Of a stretch of DNA of 64,000 nt, positions 38,255 through 50,161 are shown one piece after another (the first letter of the stretch is position 1; every line of letters starts with the position of its first letter). The stretch comes from an uncultured Chloroflexia bacterium (GTDB taxonomy: Bacteria; Chloroflexota; Limnocylindria; Limnocylindrales; CSP1-4). The translations under genes were made by a program, and so were the position numbers. Below the pieces are notes generated by a model. That model did no database searches and was not told where the DNA came from. It saw nothing but the letters and a program-made list of their open reading frames with translations. Where the stretch lies: contig CAVXPZ010000001.1 of assembly GCA_963763775.1 (NCBI GenBank), positions 1,024,001 through 1,088,000 on the forward strand, written 5' to 3'.

Positions 38255-39440
38255 ATGCCGCCGGCGACGCAATTCGAACCCGATGCGCTCATTGCCGCGC
38301 TCATCGCGGCCGAGCCCGCGGCCGAGTCGCGCCGGGCGGAGATCCGGGTCATCCGGGCGCCCGGCCGCGTCAACCTCATCGGAGAGCACACCGACTACAA
38401 CCTTGGGTACGTCCTGCCCGCCGCCATCGACCTCGAGATCCGGATCGCCTACGTGCCGACCGACGATGGGCGCGTCGAGCTCACCCGGCTCGACGATGGG
38501 TCGCGCGACGGGTTCGGTCTCGGGGATGGCCGGACGCGGGACGGGTCGTGGCTGGACTACGTGGCCGCCACGGCCTGGGCCCTGGCCGAGACCGGTGCCC
38601 CGCTCCGGGGCCTTCGTGGCGTCATCGGCGCCACGCTGCCTCCGAACGCCGGCCTCTCATCCTCGGCGGCGATGGAACTCGCCTCGGCCTGGGTGATGCT
38701 CGGCGACCTGGCCGCCGACGTGGACCCGATGACCCTTGCCCGCATCTGCCAGCGGGCGGAGAACACCTATGTCGGCGTCCGCAGTGGCCTGATGGACCAG
38801 TTCGCGGCGGCCTGCGGCGAGGCGGGTTCCGCCGTACTCCTCGATTGCCGCTCGCTCGACTGGCGGCCGGTGCCGATCCCGGACGACGTCCGGCTGGTCG
38901 TGCTCCACACCGGCTCGCCTCGCCACCTCGACGGGTCCGCGTACAACGAGCGGCGGGAGCAGTGCGAGGCGGCCGTCGCGGCGATCGCCCGAGACGACCC
39001 GAGCGTCGACGTCCCTTCGCGACGTGACGCCGTTCCATCTCGCCGCCGCCCGGTCGCGCATGGACCCGGTGGCGTACCGCCGGGCCGAGCACGTCGTCAC
39101 CGAGAACCAGCGCGTCGCCGAGGTCGTCACCGCGCTCGAGGACGGCGACCTCGCGACGGTCGGGGCCGCGTTCGCCGCCAGCCACGCCTCGCTGCGCGAC
39201 CGGTTCGAGGTGGTCTCGCCGGAGCTCGACGCGATGGTCGAGATCGCCACGTCCGTGCCCGGGGTGGTCGCCGCGCGGATGACCGGGGCCGGCTTCGGCG
39301 GCTGCACGGTCAACCTCGTCCGGCCGGAGGCGGTCGAGGTCCTGCGCCTCGCCGTCGAGCGGGACTACCCGGCCCGGACCGGTCTCACGCCGCGCGTCCT
39401 GCCGGTCCACGCCGTCGCCGGCGCCGGCCGGCTGCGCTGA
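38255..39440 (+). CDS. galK: Galactokinase; frameshift near 39010
   Basis: APGRVNLIGEHTDYN, GLSSSA, GLMDQF, YNERR, RMTGAGFGG. Confidence 0.95.
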
Positions 39441-39541
39441 CCCGGGCGAGGCGGCGGCGGCCCGAGGGCCCGCCACATCCACGGTCGGTCACCCGTCCCT
39501 GAGACGGTGTCGGCCGCGAGAAGTGGCGACATGCGGCATCC

Positions 39542-42410
39542 TTGTCGCCGCCCCCACTCGATCGGAACGATCCCATCCGGAGTCCGTCCGCCTTGTCACA
39601 AGCCTCTCCCCCCGCCGCTCGCCGTGCGCGCCGGACCAGCCCCACCACCGCGGGCTGGCTCGGGCTGATCGTCCTGTTCTTCCTCGCGGGGATCGGGGCC
39701 ATCGGAGCGATCGCGGTCGTGGGCGCGTACGCGGCGATCGCCTCGAGCCGACCTCCCGGAACCCGCGACGCTGAACGATGTCGTCCTGCCCCAGGAATCG
39801 ATCATCTACGACCGGACCGGCAAGATCGAGCTGGCCCGGTTCGGCGACGCGAAGCGCGACGTCGTCACGTTCGACGAGATCCCGCCGATCGTCATCGACG
39901 CGACGACCGCGGTCGAGGACAAGACGTTCTGGGAGAACGCGGGCTTCGACCCCGTCGCGATCATCTCCGCCACGCTCGACTCGCTCCGCGGCAACAGCCG
40001 CGGCGCGTCCACGATCACCCAGCAGCTCGTCCGCGCACGCCTGCTGCCGTCCGACCTGGTGCAGGACCCGAATCGGACCGCCGAGCGGAAGATCAAGGAG
40101 ATCATCCAGTCGATCCGGGTCACGCAGTGGTTCAAGGGCGAGGACGGCAAGAAGGCGATCATCACCGCCTACCTCAACCAGAACTACTACGGCAACCAGA
40201 GCTACGGCGTGAAGGCGGCGTACGAGCAGTACTTCGGCAAGCCGTTCACGAAGGAGAACGTGACACCGGGCGAGGCCGCGCTCATCGCCGCGCTCCCGAA
40301 GTCGCCCTCGAACTACGACCTCGTCCGGAACTCCATCGAGCAGTGCACGGTCGTCGTCGCCGAAGGCGACGACTGCCCGGCCGGCAAGTCGCAGCTGATC
40401 GTCGACCCGAACTCGACGATCATCGCGCGACGGAACGACATCCTCGACCTGCTCGCCCAGGGCGACCGGACCCCGATCTCCGGCAGCGAATGGACCGCGC
40501 AGGACTTCCTCGCCGCGAAGGACGAGCCCGCCGTCCTCACGAGCCAGGCGAGCGCGCGCTGGATCGCGCCGCACTTCGTGTGGGCGGTCCGCGACCAGCT
40601 GACCCACGATCTGTGCGGCCCCGACGCCGATACGTGCACGCCACTCGAGCGCGGCGGCCTGCGCGTGACGACCACCCTCGACGTCCGGCTCCAGGCCATC
40701 GCCGAGAAGTGGGTCGCCGCCGCGGCGATCGTCCCGCACAAGAAGGACCCGGCGGCGGCCGCCAAGGCGCTCGGGTTCAAGAGCTACCAGGACTGGATGC
40801 GCAACCTCGAGAACAAGAACGTGCGCAACGGCGCGCTCGTGGCCGAGGACTACCAGACCGGCGAGATCGTGGCGTACGTCGGGTCCGGCAACTACTACGC
40901 GACCAACGGCAACAAGAAGTTCCAGCCGCAGTACGACGTCGTCGGTCACGGCTTCCGTCAGCCGGGCTCGGCGTTCAAGCCGTTCAACTACGCGGTCGCC
41001 ATCGACGACCAGAAGCTCACGGCCGGGTCGATGCTGATGGACAGCGCGACGGACTTCGGCGGCAAGTACAGCCCCAGCGACGCGGACAACCTCGAGCGCG
41101 GCCCGGTCCGCGTCCGCAACGCCCTCCAGTTCTCGCTGAACATCCCCTCGGTCAAGACCACGGCCCTCAACGGCGTCGACCACGTCTTCCAGAAGGCCAA
41201 GGACTTCGGGATGCAGTTCCAGTCCGACACGTCGAAGGCGGGCTTCGCGCTCGGCCTCGGCGTCCAGGAAGTGCGCCCGGTGGACCTGATCGCCGCGTAC
41301 AGCACGCTCGCCAACAGTGGCAAGAACATCGGCCAGACCACGATCCTCACGGTCCAGGACGATCAGGGCAAGGATGTCCTCCCGCCGTACACCCCCGCGA
41401 AGGGCACCGCCGCGGTCAGCCCCCAGGCGGCCTGGATCGTCACGGACATCCTCGCCGGCAACACCAACCCGAACGTGAACCCGTTCTGGGGCAAGTTCGC
41501 CATCGAGGGTCCGAACGCGCGTCGTCCCGCCACGCTCAAGACCGGGACGAACAACGACGCCAAGGACCTCAACGCGTACGGGTACATCGCCCCGCCGACG
41601 GATGCCGGACGCGCGGACGGCGCGTATGCGCTCGCCGTCGGCGTCTGGAACGGCAACAGCGATAACACCCCGGTCTCGACGCCGGCCAGGCCCGTGTTCT
41701 CGATCGACGTGGCCACGTTCGTCTGGCAGGGCTTCCTCCAGGAGGCGAGCCGGAAGTGGCCCGTGACGACCTTCAAGCGGCCCGGCGGCCTCGAGCGCGC
41801 GGCGATCGATCCCTTCACCGGGCTGCGCGCGACGAGCGGCGGCAAGGCCATCAACGAGTGGTACATCGCGGGGACCGCGCCGCGCGACAGCGTCCCGGCG
41901 GACACCTGTGGCATCGATGTGGTCCGGATCGTGAACGTCGAGACCGGCCATGACACGTGGATGAAGGCCAACGAGAACTGGATCGGCCGAGCCGAGAAGG
42001 GCCCAGGCACGCGCGGCGGAACCAACGGGACACGCACGTCGTACTTCTACAACGGGGTCTTCAAGCCGTACGGCTCATCGTGGGGTGCCCTGGTCGTCGG
42101 CCACGGCTGCGGCCAACCGACGCCGTCGCCATCGTGCATCCCGCTGCCGACCCCGGACGCGAGCGGCGTGATCCCCTCGATCGAGCCGACGCCGACGCCG
42201 TCGGGCTCGTTCGCCGCGGCCGTCCCCTGCCCCACCCCATCGCCGTCCGAGGTCCCGTCCGACACGCCGCCGCCGTCGGAGACACCTCCGCCGGAACCGA
42301 CGCCGACGCCGACGCCCACGCCCGAGCCCACGCCGACACCCACGCCGACCCCGACGCCCACGCCCACGCCGACCCCCACGCCGACCCCGACGCCCACGCC
42401 CACGCCGTAA
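39542..42410 (+). CDS. Class A penicillin-binding protein (transglycosylase/transpeptidase); frameshift near 39750-39770; start approximate
   Basis: TM anchor, [30 protein letters not shown] (SxxK), SLN, KTGT. Confidence 0.92.
42297..42407 (+). repeat. Coding (Pro-Thr)n repeat at the PBP C-terminus
   Basis: Degenerate CCSACS hexamers encoding PTPTPT... Confidence 0.9.
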
Positions 42411-42431
42411 CGCTGGTCTAGCATCCGCGCC

Positions 42432-43230
42432 GTGATCATCGATGTGCGGGGCCTGGTCGTCCGTCGTGGCGGCCGCACGATCCTCGGCCCGATCGACTGG
42501 CAGGTCGCCGAGGGCGAACGGTGGGTCGTGCTCGGGGCGAACGGCTCCGGCAAGACGACCCTGCTGTCCGCGGTGGGACTCACGCTGTGGCCGACGTCAG
42601 GCACCGTCGACGTGCTCGGCCATCGATACGGCAAGGTCGACAGTCGCGAGCTTCGGCGACGCATCGGGGCGGCCTCGAGCGCCGTGGAGCAGGAGTTGCT
42701 CGACCGGCTCACGCCGGCCGACCTCGTCATGAGCGCGATCAACGCTGCGACCGAACCCTGGTGGCACGAGTACGGAGCGGACGACCGGCAGCGCGCCCGT
42801 GCCGCCCTCGCTCGTCTCGGGCTGGCGGCGGCGGCCGACCAGCCGTTCGGGACGCTCTCGGCCGGCGAGCGTCGACGCGTCTCGATCGCGCGGGCGCTCG
42901 TGCCCGGATCCTGACCTCCTCCTGCTCGACGAGCCCGCGGCGAGCCTCGACCTGGCCGCGCGCGAGACGCTCCTCGCGGACCTGTCACGCCTCGCCGGAG
43001 GGACGCGACCCGCCGCCATGGTCCTCGTGTCGCACCACGTCGAGGAGATCCCGCCCGGCTTCGATCGCGCGCTGGTGCTCGCCGGGGGCCGGGCGGTCGC
43101 CCAAGGCCCGATCGAGGAGGTCGTCCGCGCCGACGTGCTGTCCGCCGCGCTCGGGATCCCGCTGATCGTGGAGCACCATGACGGCCGCATCTGGGCGCGG
43201 CTCGACCCGGCCGCCGACACGCGCCCGTCA
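42432..43230 (+). CDS. ABC ATP-binding protein (ModF-like); frameshift near 42905; stop not resolved
   Basis: GANGSGKTT, LSAGE, LLLDEP, VSHHVEEIP. Confidence 0.8.
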
Positions 43231-43254
43231 CACACCGCGCTCCACCATCGAGTC

Positions 43255-44820
43255 GTGAGCACCACCACCACCACCGCGTCCGCGTCCGCCTCGGACCTGG
43301 CCACGCCGTCCCGCGCGGCCGCGGCCGGCATCGCCGCGACCGCGGTCGCCCTCGGCATCTCGGAACTCCTGGCCGGCCTCCTCGCCGGCGCGACGTCGCT
43401 GGTCGCCGCCGTCGGCCAGGTCCTGATCGACGCGCAGCCGCCCGGGGCGAAGGACGTCGCCGTCTCGCTCTTCGGCAAGAACGACAAGCTCGCCTTCGAG
43501 CTTCTGATCGTGGCCATCGCGCTCGCGATCGGTGCCGCGCTCGGGCTCCTCGCTCGTCGCTGGTTCGCGGCCGCGGCCGCCGCGTTCATCGCGTTCGGGG
43601 TCGTCGGCGTCCTCGCCGCCCTGGCGGACCCGCTCGCCACGGTGACGATGGTCATCACGGCCGCGGCGGTCTCCATCGGCGCCGCGCTCTGGGTCCTCGG
43701 CTGGCTGATCCAGGGCGGCGCCGTCCGCGACCGCTATGGGATGCCGGACTGGTCGCGCCGCTCGTTCATGATCCGCGCCGGGTCGGTCACGGCTGCGGCG
43801 GTCGTCGCGGGCTACGCGGGCCGGACGCTCCTCGAGCGCCAACAGGTGGCCCCGAGCTCGGGAGCCGTCGCGATCCCGCCGGCATCGGAGACCGTGCCGG
43901 CGCTCGGGCCGGACGCGGACCTGTCCACCTCCGTGACGGACCTGACCCCGATCGTGATGCCCAACGACCGGTTCTACCGGATCGACACCGCGCTCCTCGT
44001 GCCATCCGTGGACGCGACCACCTGGTCGCTCCGCGTGCATGGCATGGTGGACCGCGAGACCACGCTCACCTTCGAGGAGCTCGTCGGACTGCCGATGTTC
44101 GAGCAGTACGTGACGATCTCCTGCGTGAGCAACGAGGTCGGCGGCGACCTCGTCGGCAACGCGAAGTGGACCGGCGTCCGCCTCCGGGACGTCCTCGACC
44201 TCGCCGGCGTGCAGGCCGGCGCCACCCAACTGGTCGGCCGATCCGTGGACGGTTTCACCGCCGGCATGCCGACGGCCTGGGTGATGGACCCGGACCGCGA
44301 GCCGATGATCGCGGTGAAGATGAACGACGTGCCCCTGCCGCCGAAGCACGGCTACCCGGCGCGGCTCATCGTGCCGGGCCTCTACGGCTACGTCTCCGCC
44401 ACCAAGTGGCTCTCGGAGCTCGAGCTGACCACGCTCGAGGCGTTCGACGGCTACTGGGTGCCGCTGGGCTGGTCCAAGGAGGCGCCGATCCTGACGCAGT
44501 CACGGATCGACACCCCGGCCTACGGGATCACGCTGCCCGCCGGCCGTGTCCCGATCGCCGGCATCGCCTGGGCCCCGGACCGTGGCGTCACCAAGGTCGA
44601 GGTCGGCATCGACGACACCTGGCACGAGGCCCAGCTCTCCCACCCGATCTCCGACGCGACGTGGGTCCAGTGGGTCGCCTATTGGGACGCGACGCCCGGC
44701 GACCACGTCATCGCGGTCCGCGCCACCGATGGCACGGGCGCCGTCCAGACCGACCAGCGGACGCCGCCGGCCCCGGACGGCGCGCGGGGCTGGCACACGA
44801 TCCAGGTCCACATCGGCTAG
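43255..44820 (+). CDS. Membrane-anchored molybdopterin-dependent oxidoreductase (sulfite oxidase family)
   Basis: TM domain, SRRSF twin-Arg-like motif, FYRIDT, CVSN..GG..GNA.W.G, HGYPAR..PGLYG..TKW, VRATD. Confidence 0.9.
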   Translation: MSTTTTTASASASDLATPSRAAAAGIAATAVALGISELLAGLLAGATSLVAAVGQVLIDAQPPGAKDVAVSLFGKNDKLAFELLIVAIALAIGAALGLLARRWFAAAAAAFIAFGVVGVLAALADPLATVTMVITAAAVSIGAALWVLGWLIQGGAVRDRYGMPDWSRRSFMIRAGSVTAAAVVAGYAGRTLLERQQVAPSSGAVAIPPASETVPALGPDADLSTSVTDLTPIVMPNDRFYRIDTALLVPSVDATTWSLRVHGMVDRETTLTFEELVGLPMFEQYVTISCVSNEVGGDLVGNAKWTGVRLRDVLDLAGVQAGATQLVGRSVDGFTAGMPTAWVMDPDREPMIAVKMNDVPLPPKHGYPARLIVPGLYGYVSATKWLSELELTTLEAFDGYWVPLGWSKEAPILTQSRIDTPAYGITLPAGRVPIAGIAWAPDRGVTKVEVGIDDTWHEAQLSHPISDATWVQWVAYWDATPGDHVIAVRATDGTGAVQTDQRTPPAPDGARGWHTIQVHIG

Positions 44821-44856
44821 TCCCGGCCCAAGGCGAATTCGGTATAGAGTCGGGGC

Positions 44857-45447
44857 ATGGCACGACGTCGCTTCATCTTCGACCCCCCGGAGCGGTTCGT
44901 CGCCGGCACCATCGGTGAGCCCGGCGACCGGACGTTCTTCATCCAGGCGCGCGACGGCGCGCGCATCGTGAGCATCGTCCTCGAGAAGGTCCAGGTCGCG
45001 GTCCTCGCCGAGCGGCTCGGCGACCTGTTGGACGAGCTCGACCGGCGCGGGGTCCCCGAGGCCGCGAGTGGCGGCACAGCCTCCGCGGCGAGCACCGCGG
45101 CCGTCGGCGCCGCCGAGGACGTCGCCCCCCTCGACGAGCCGCTCAACGAGGCGTTCCGGGCCGGGTCCCTGACCCTCGGCTGGGATGTCGACGCCGAGCG
45201 GGTCCTGCTCGAGGCGCGGGCGCAGGACGAGGACGGCGAGCCGGTCGACCCGGACGATGACGACGAGGAGGACGAGGACGGGCCGGACCTCCTGCGCGTG
45301 CGGCTGACCGCCGACGCCGCCCGAGCCTTCGTCGCGCGCGCGAACCGCGTCGTGGCCGCCGGCCGGCTGCCGTGTCCCCTGTGCGGGGCGCCGCTCGACC
45401 CGAGCGGCCACATCTGCCCCCGTCGCAACGGCCACTACCTCAACTAG
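44857..45447 (+). CDS. DUF3090 family protein
   Basis: FVAGTIGEPGDRTFFIQA, LEKVQV, AGR..CPLCG..C PRRNGH. Confidence 0.9.
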   Translation: MARRRFIFDPPERFVAGTIGEPGDRTFFIQARDGARIVSIVLEKVQVAVLAERLGDLLDELDRRGVPEAASGGTASAASTAAVGAAEDVAPLDEPLNEAFRAGSLTLGWDVDAERVLLEARAQDEDGEPVDPDDDDEEDEDGPDLLRVRLTADAARAFVARANRVVAAGRLPCPLCGAPLDPSGHICPRRNGHYLN

Positions 45448-45462
45448 CCGCCGGACCCGACC

Positions 45463-46197
45463 GTGCTCGACCCAGCGGCGACGCTCGCCGTCCTCGGCGA
45501 TGGCGACATCGAGGTCGTCGGGCGGATCATCGGCTCGTCCAACAACGCCCTGCTCGTCACGATCACGCGGGTCTGCCCGGACCCGGAGCCGGCCATCGTG
45601 GTCGACGCCATCTACAAGCCGACGATCGGGGAGCGCCCGCTCGACGACTTCCCGGACGGGACGCTGTGCCGTCGCGAAGTCGCCGCGTGGCATGTCTCGG
45701 AGGCGACGGGTTGGGGCATCGTGCCGCCGACGATCCTGCGCGACGGGCCGTTCGGCGAGGGGATGGTCCAGGCGTTCGTCGAGGCCGACCCGGACGTGGA
45801 CGTGGTCGAGATGGTGCTCGGCGACGACCCGCGGCTGCGCCGGATGGCCGCGCTCGATGCCGCGATGAACAACACCGATCGCAAGGGCGGACACATCCTG
45901 CCGGTCGATGGCGGGTCACGGATCCACGGCGTGGACCACGGCGTGTGCTTCTCGACGGTGCCGAAACTCCGGACCGTGCTGTGGGGCTGGCGCGGGGAAC
46001 CCCTGGCGCCGGACGAGATCGCGGGCCTCGAGCGGGTGCGGGACGGGCTTGACGGCGACCTCGGGGTCAGGCTGCGCGAGCTGCTGTCGGCGGCCGAGGT
46101 GCGCGCGACCCGCCGCCGCGTGGAGGCGCTCCTCGCGGACCCGGTGTTCCCCCAGCCGTCGCCGAACTGGCCGGCCATCCCCTGGCCGCCGTTCTAG
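45463..46197 (+). CDS. SCO1664 family (PI3/4-kinase-like) protein
   Basis: YKP..GERPL.DFPDGTL..REVAA, NNTDRKGGH, DHG, LRTVLWGW, PWPPF. Confidence 0.9.
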   Translation: MLDPAATLAVLGDGDIEVVGRIIGSSNNALLVTITRVCPDPEPAIVVDAIYKPTIGERPLDDFPDGTLCRREVAAWHVSEATGWGIVPPTILRDGPFGEGMVQAFVEADPDVDVVEMVLGDDPRLRRMAALDAAMNNTDRKGGHILPVDGGSRIHGVDHGVCFSTVPKLRTVLWGWRGEPLAPDEIAGLERVRDGLDGDLGVRLRELLSAAEVRATRRRVEALLADPVFPQPSPNWPAIPWPPF

Positions 46198-46276
46198 GCG
46201 TGACGCGGCCGGTCCAGGCCGCTCCAGACCCGACGCAGCCGGCCTCGGTGGCGCACGATACGTCCCGGAGGTGGCG

Positions 46277-47878
46277 ATGCGGCGATGGAACGGCTGGGGC
46301 GACGACGCGATCGACGCGCCCCTGCCGACGGCCGCCGCGGAGCTCCTGACCCAGCTGGTCGGCCCGGGCACACGGCCGCACGACGCGACCCTTCGCGAGG
46401 TCGTGGCCGCGGCGCCGCCGACTCGCCTGACCGATGACGCGACGATAGACGTCGATCCCGAGGCACGCGTCCGCCACGCGCGGGGGCAGAGCCTGCCGGA
46501 CTGGATCGCCCTGCGCTCCGGCCGCGTCGGCAGGCTCCCCGACGCCGTCGCGCATCCGGTCGACGCCGCAGCCGTTCGAGGCGTCCTGGACCTCGCCCGC
46601 GCGGCGGGCGCCACGCTGGTCCCGTACGGCGGCGGGACGAGCGTCGTGGGCGGCGTGGACATCGGTCCGGGCGACCCTCCCGTCATCACGGTCGCGCTGG
46701 ACCGACTCGTGGGCATCACGGCCATCGACGAGCGCAGCGGCCTCGCGACGTTCGGGGCCGGCACGACCGGCCCGGCCGTCGAGGCCGCCCTCGCGGACCA
46801 CGGGCTGACGCTCGGGCATTACCCGCAGTCCTGGGAGCACTCGACGGTCGGTGGCTGGGTCGTCACGCGATCGTCCGGACAGCAGTCGGTCGGGTACGGC
46901 CGCATCGAGGCCCTCTTCGCGGGCGGCCACCTCGAGACCCCCGCCGGGCCGCTGGACCTCCCGACGTTCCCGGCGTCGGCCGCCGGGCCGGACGTCCGGC
47001 AACTCGTCCTCGGCTCGGAGGGACGCGCCGGGATCCTGACCGACGTGGTCGTCCGTGCCACGCCGATCCCGGCGACCGAGCGCTTCGACGCGTTCGTCGT
47101 CGCCGACTGGGGCCGCGCGATGGAGCTCGCCCGGTCGCTCGCTCGGTCGCGACTGCCGATCTCGATGGTCCGCGCCTCGACGCCGCTCGAGACCGCGACG
47201 GCGTTCGCCATGAGCTCGAACCCCGGCGGTGTGCGCTGGCTCAAACGCTATCTCGCCCTTCGAGGCCAGGACGTGGGCCGGTGCCTCGTGATCGTGGCGT
47301 TGACGGGCACCCGGTCCGCGGTGGCGAGCGCCGCCGGCGAGGTCGCGCGGATCGTCCGCGGCCAGGGCGGCGTCGGCGCCCCGATGGTCGGCCACACCTG
47401 GCACAAGGAGCGGTTCGCGGCGCCGTACCTTCGCAACACCCTGTGGGAGGCCGGGTACGCCGTGGACACCCTCGAGACAGCGGCCGACTGGACGCGGATC
47501 GGGCCGCTGGCCGCCGCGCTCGGCCCGGCGCTCCGCCACGGGCTCGACGACCTCGACGAGCGGGTCCATGCCTTCACGCACCTGTCGCACGTGTACCCGA
47601 GCGGGTCGAGCCTGTACACCACGTACGTCTTCCGGCTGGCCGACGACCCGGACGACACGCTCGAGCGATGGCGCCGGCTCAAGACGGCCGCGTCCGGGGT
47701 GATCGTGGCGCACGGCGGGACCATCACCCACCAGCACGGGATCGGCCGCGACCACGCGCCGTACCTCGCCGCCGAGAAGGGCCCGCTCGGGATGGCGGCC
47801 ACGAGCGCCGCCCTGCACGCCCTCGATCCGGATGGGGTGATGTCGCCGGGCGTCCTCCTCCAGGAGGCTCCCGCGTGA
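46277..47878 (+). CDS. FAD-binding oxidoreductase (alkyl-DHAP synthase-like)
   Basis: MRRWNGWG, PYGGGTSV, GHYPQSWEHSTVGGW, GSEG, HLSHVY, HQHGIG. Confidence 0.9.
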   Translation: MRRWNGWGDDAIDAPLPTAAAELLTQLVGPGTRPHDATLREVVAAAPPTRLTDDATIDVDPEARVRHARGQSLPDWIALRSGRVGRLPDAVAHPVDAAAVRGVLDLARAAGATLVPYGGGTSVVGGVDIGPGDPPVITVALDRLVGITAIDERSGLATFGAGTTGPAVEAALADHGLTLGHYPQSWEHSTVGGWVVTRSSGQQSVGYGRIEALFAGGHLETPAGPLDLPTFPASAAGPDVRQLVLGSEGRAGILTDVVVRATPIPATERFDAFVVADWGRAMELARSLARSRLPISMVRASTPLETATAFAMSSNPGGVRWLKRYLALRGQDVGRCLVIVALTGTRSAVASAAGEVARIVRGQGGVGAPMVGHTWHKERFAAPYLRNTLWEAGYAVDTLETAADWTRIGPLAAALGPALRHGLDDLDERVHAFTHLSHVYPSGSSLYTTYVFRLADDPDDTLERWRRLKTAASGVIVAHGGTITHQHGIGRDHAPYLAAEKGPLGMAATSAALHALDPDGVMSPGVLLQEAPA

Positions 47879-49450
47879 GCGAGGCGCCGGACACGATCGT
47901 CGCCATCGATGTCGGCACGCAGAGCGTCCGCGCGATCGCCTTCGACCCGACCGGGTCGTTGCTGGCCAGCGCCAGGATCCCGATCCAGCCATACGTCTCG
48001 CCGCGACCCGGCTGCGCCGAGCAGGACCCCGAGCTGTACTGGCGCTCGGTCGGCGAGGCCACGCGTCGCCTCCTCGCGGAGCCGGCCGTCGAGGCGGACG
48101 CCATCGCCGGCGTCACCCTCACGACCCAGCGCGGCACGGTCATCGTCACCGACGAGGCCGGGGACCCGATCCGGCCGGCCATCGTGTGGCTCGACGGATG
48201 CCGTGCGGCCCACCCGCCGAGGGTCGGCGGCGCCATGGGCCTCGTCTTCCGGGCGACCGGCCTGACCGACACCGTCGAAGGGTTCGCCGCCGACTGCGAG
48301 GCGAACTGGCTCCGCGAGGCGGAACCGGACGCGTGGCGGTCGGTGCGCCACTACGTGGGGCTCTCCGGGTTCATCGCGCATCGGCTGACCGGCCGCTGGG
48401 TCGATTTCGACCGCGGCCCAGGTCGGCTACCTCCCGTTCGACTACAAGGCCCTCCGGTGGGCGAAGCCCGGCGATTGGAAATGGACCGTCGCGCCGCTCG
48501 ACCCGGCGTGGCTGCCCGAGCTGGTCGCGCCGACGGAGCCGCTGGGGGCGTTGTCGGCCGCGGCGGCCGTGCACACGGGCCTGCCCGTCGGCCTGCCGGT
48601 GATCGCGTCGGCGGCGGACAAGGCCTGCGAGGTCCTCGGCTCCGGGGCGGTCACCTCGGACGTGCTGGGGTTGTCGTACGGCACGGCCGCGACGGCGAAC
48701 GTCACGAGTGCCCGCTACGTGGAACCCATCCCGCTCATCCCGCCGTTCCCGGCGGCCATCCCGGGGAGCTGGAACCTCGAGACCCAGGTCTACCGCGGCT
48801 ACTGGATGGTGGAGTGGTTCAAGCGCGAGTTCGGGGATCGCGAGATCGCCGAGGCGGACATCCGCGGCATCGCGGCGGAGGTGCTGTTCGACGACCTCAT
48901 CCGCTCGGTGCCGCCGGGGTCGGACGGGCTGATGCTCCAGCCGTACTGGTCGCCGGGTGTCCGGATCCCGGGGCCGGAGGCGCGCGGCGCCATCATCGGC
49001 TTCAACGCGGTCCACACCCGGGCGCACCTCTACCGCGCCATCATCGAGGGCCTCGCGTACGCGCTCCGCGAAGGGGCCGAGCGGACGGCCAAGCGGACCG
49101 GCGTGCCACTGACCGCGATCCGCATCGCCGGCGGCGGCTCGCAGAGCCCGGCCGCGGTCCAGCTCACCGCGGATGTGTTCGGGATGCCCGTGAGCCGCGC
49201 CCACACGCACGAGACATCGGCCCTGGGCGCGGCGATCGACGCCTCGGTCGGCCTCGGCTTCCACCCGGACGTCCCCACCGCGGCGGCCCGGATGGTCAGG
49301 ACCGCCGAGACCCGTGACCCGGATCCGGCGGTCCATGCGCGCTATGACGAGTGGTTCCGGGCGGTCTACCGCCCGATGTACGGCCGGCTGCGGCCGCTGT
49401 ACCGCGAACTCCGACGCATCGCCGGAGCCGGGCTGACGGTGCAAGCCTAG
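47875..49450 (+). CDS. FGGY-family carbohydrate kinase; frameshift near 48408
   Basis: AIDVGTQSVR, EQDP, IVWLD, ADKACE, YGT, IEGLAY, GGGSQS. Confidence 0.9.
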
Positions 49451-50034
49451 CCCGCGGTTCGGGCGGCCTTGACGACCATCGAGTTCGCGAAGACGTCCTG
49501 GTAGCCCTGCTTGGTCGGGCTGTCCGCGGTCGTCTTGAGCAGGAAGATGTACCAGGCGATGACCGCCAGTCCGATCACCAGTCCGATGGTCACCCCGAGC
49601 GACACCTGCGCGGCCTGGGAGATGACCTGGGGTCCGAAGATGATCAGCCAACGACGGATCGCCTGCTCCTGCTTGAGCGTGGCCCCATCGCCGGCGTTGC
49701 CGATCTGCATGCCCAGCGCCTTCATGCCGATGGTGCCGCGCTGCGCGGTCCACATGTACGTGAAGTACCCGGCGCTGATGGCCAGGCCGACGACGACCGT
49801 GGCCAGGAAACCGATGATGTTCAGCCCGAGGATCCCGTTGATCACCCCGAAGATGATCAGGTTGACGACCCCCAGGATGATCGAGTCGATGATCAGCGCG
49901 ATGATGCGGTTCGGGACATCGGCATAGACGAACCCGGCCGGGCCAGCGGCCGCAGGTGCCACGGGCGGCGGCGGTGGCGCGGACCAGCCGCTGGATGGCG
50001 TGCCTTGGTCGCCGGGGGATCCGCTCTCAGTCAT
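49447..50034 (-). CDS. RDD family membrane protein
   Basis: Pro-rich N-terminus, RIIALIID, TIGMKALG, QGYQD. Confidence 0.88.
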   Translation of the reverse strand: MTESGSPGDQGTPSSGWSAPPPPPVAPAAAGPAGFVYADVPNRIIALIIDSIILGVVNLIIFGVINGILGLNIIGFLATVVVGLAISAGYFTYMWTAQRGTIGMKALGMQIGNAGDGATLKQEQAIRRWLIIFGPQVISQAAQVSLGVTIGLVIGLAVIAWYIFLLKTTADSPTKQGYQDVFANSMVVKAARTAG

Positions 50035-50161
50035 CGACCCACCTCAATGCCCTTCCTCGACGGGGCCCTTGCCCGTCCATGCTGCGTGAGCATAGGGGTC
50101 AACGGACCGCACGGATAGACCCGAACCGCGCGTCCAGGGGGCGACGGCGCACCGGATCCCC

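Noticed and set aside
42297-42407. Tandem hexamer repeat as a mobile or phase-variation element
   Set aside because: In-frame, synonymously degenerate Pro-Thr coding tail
42799-44820. Apparent fusion of the ABC ATPase C-terminus to the Mo-oxidoreductase
   Set aside because: The oxidoreductase has its own leaderless-type start (CACCAT, 6 nt, GTG 43255) and the ABC gene already contains an indel; a lost stop from sequence error is more likely
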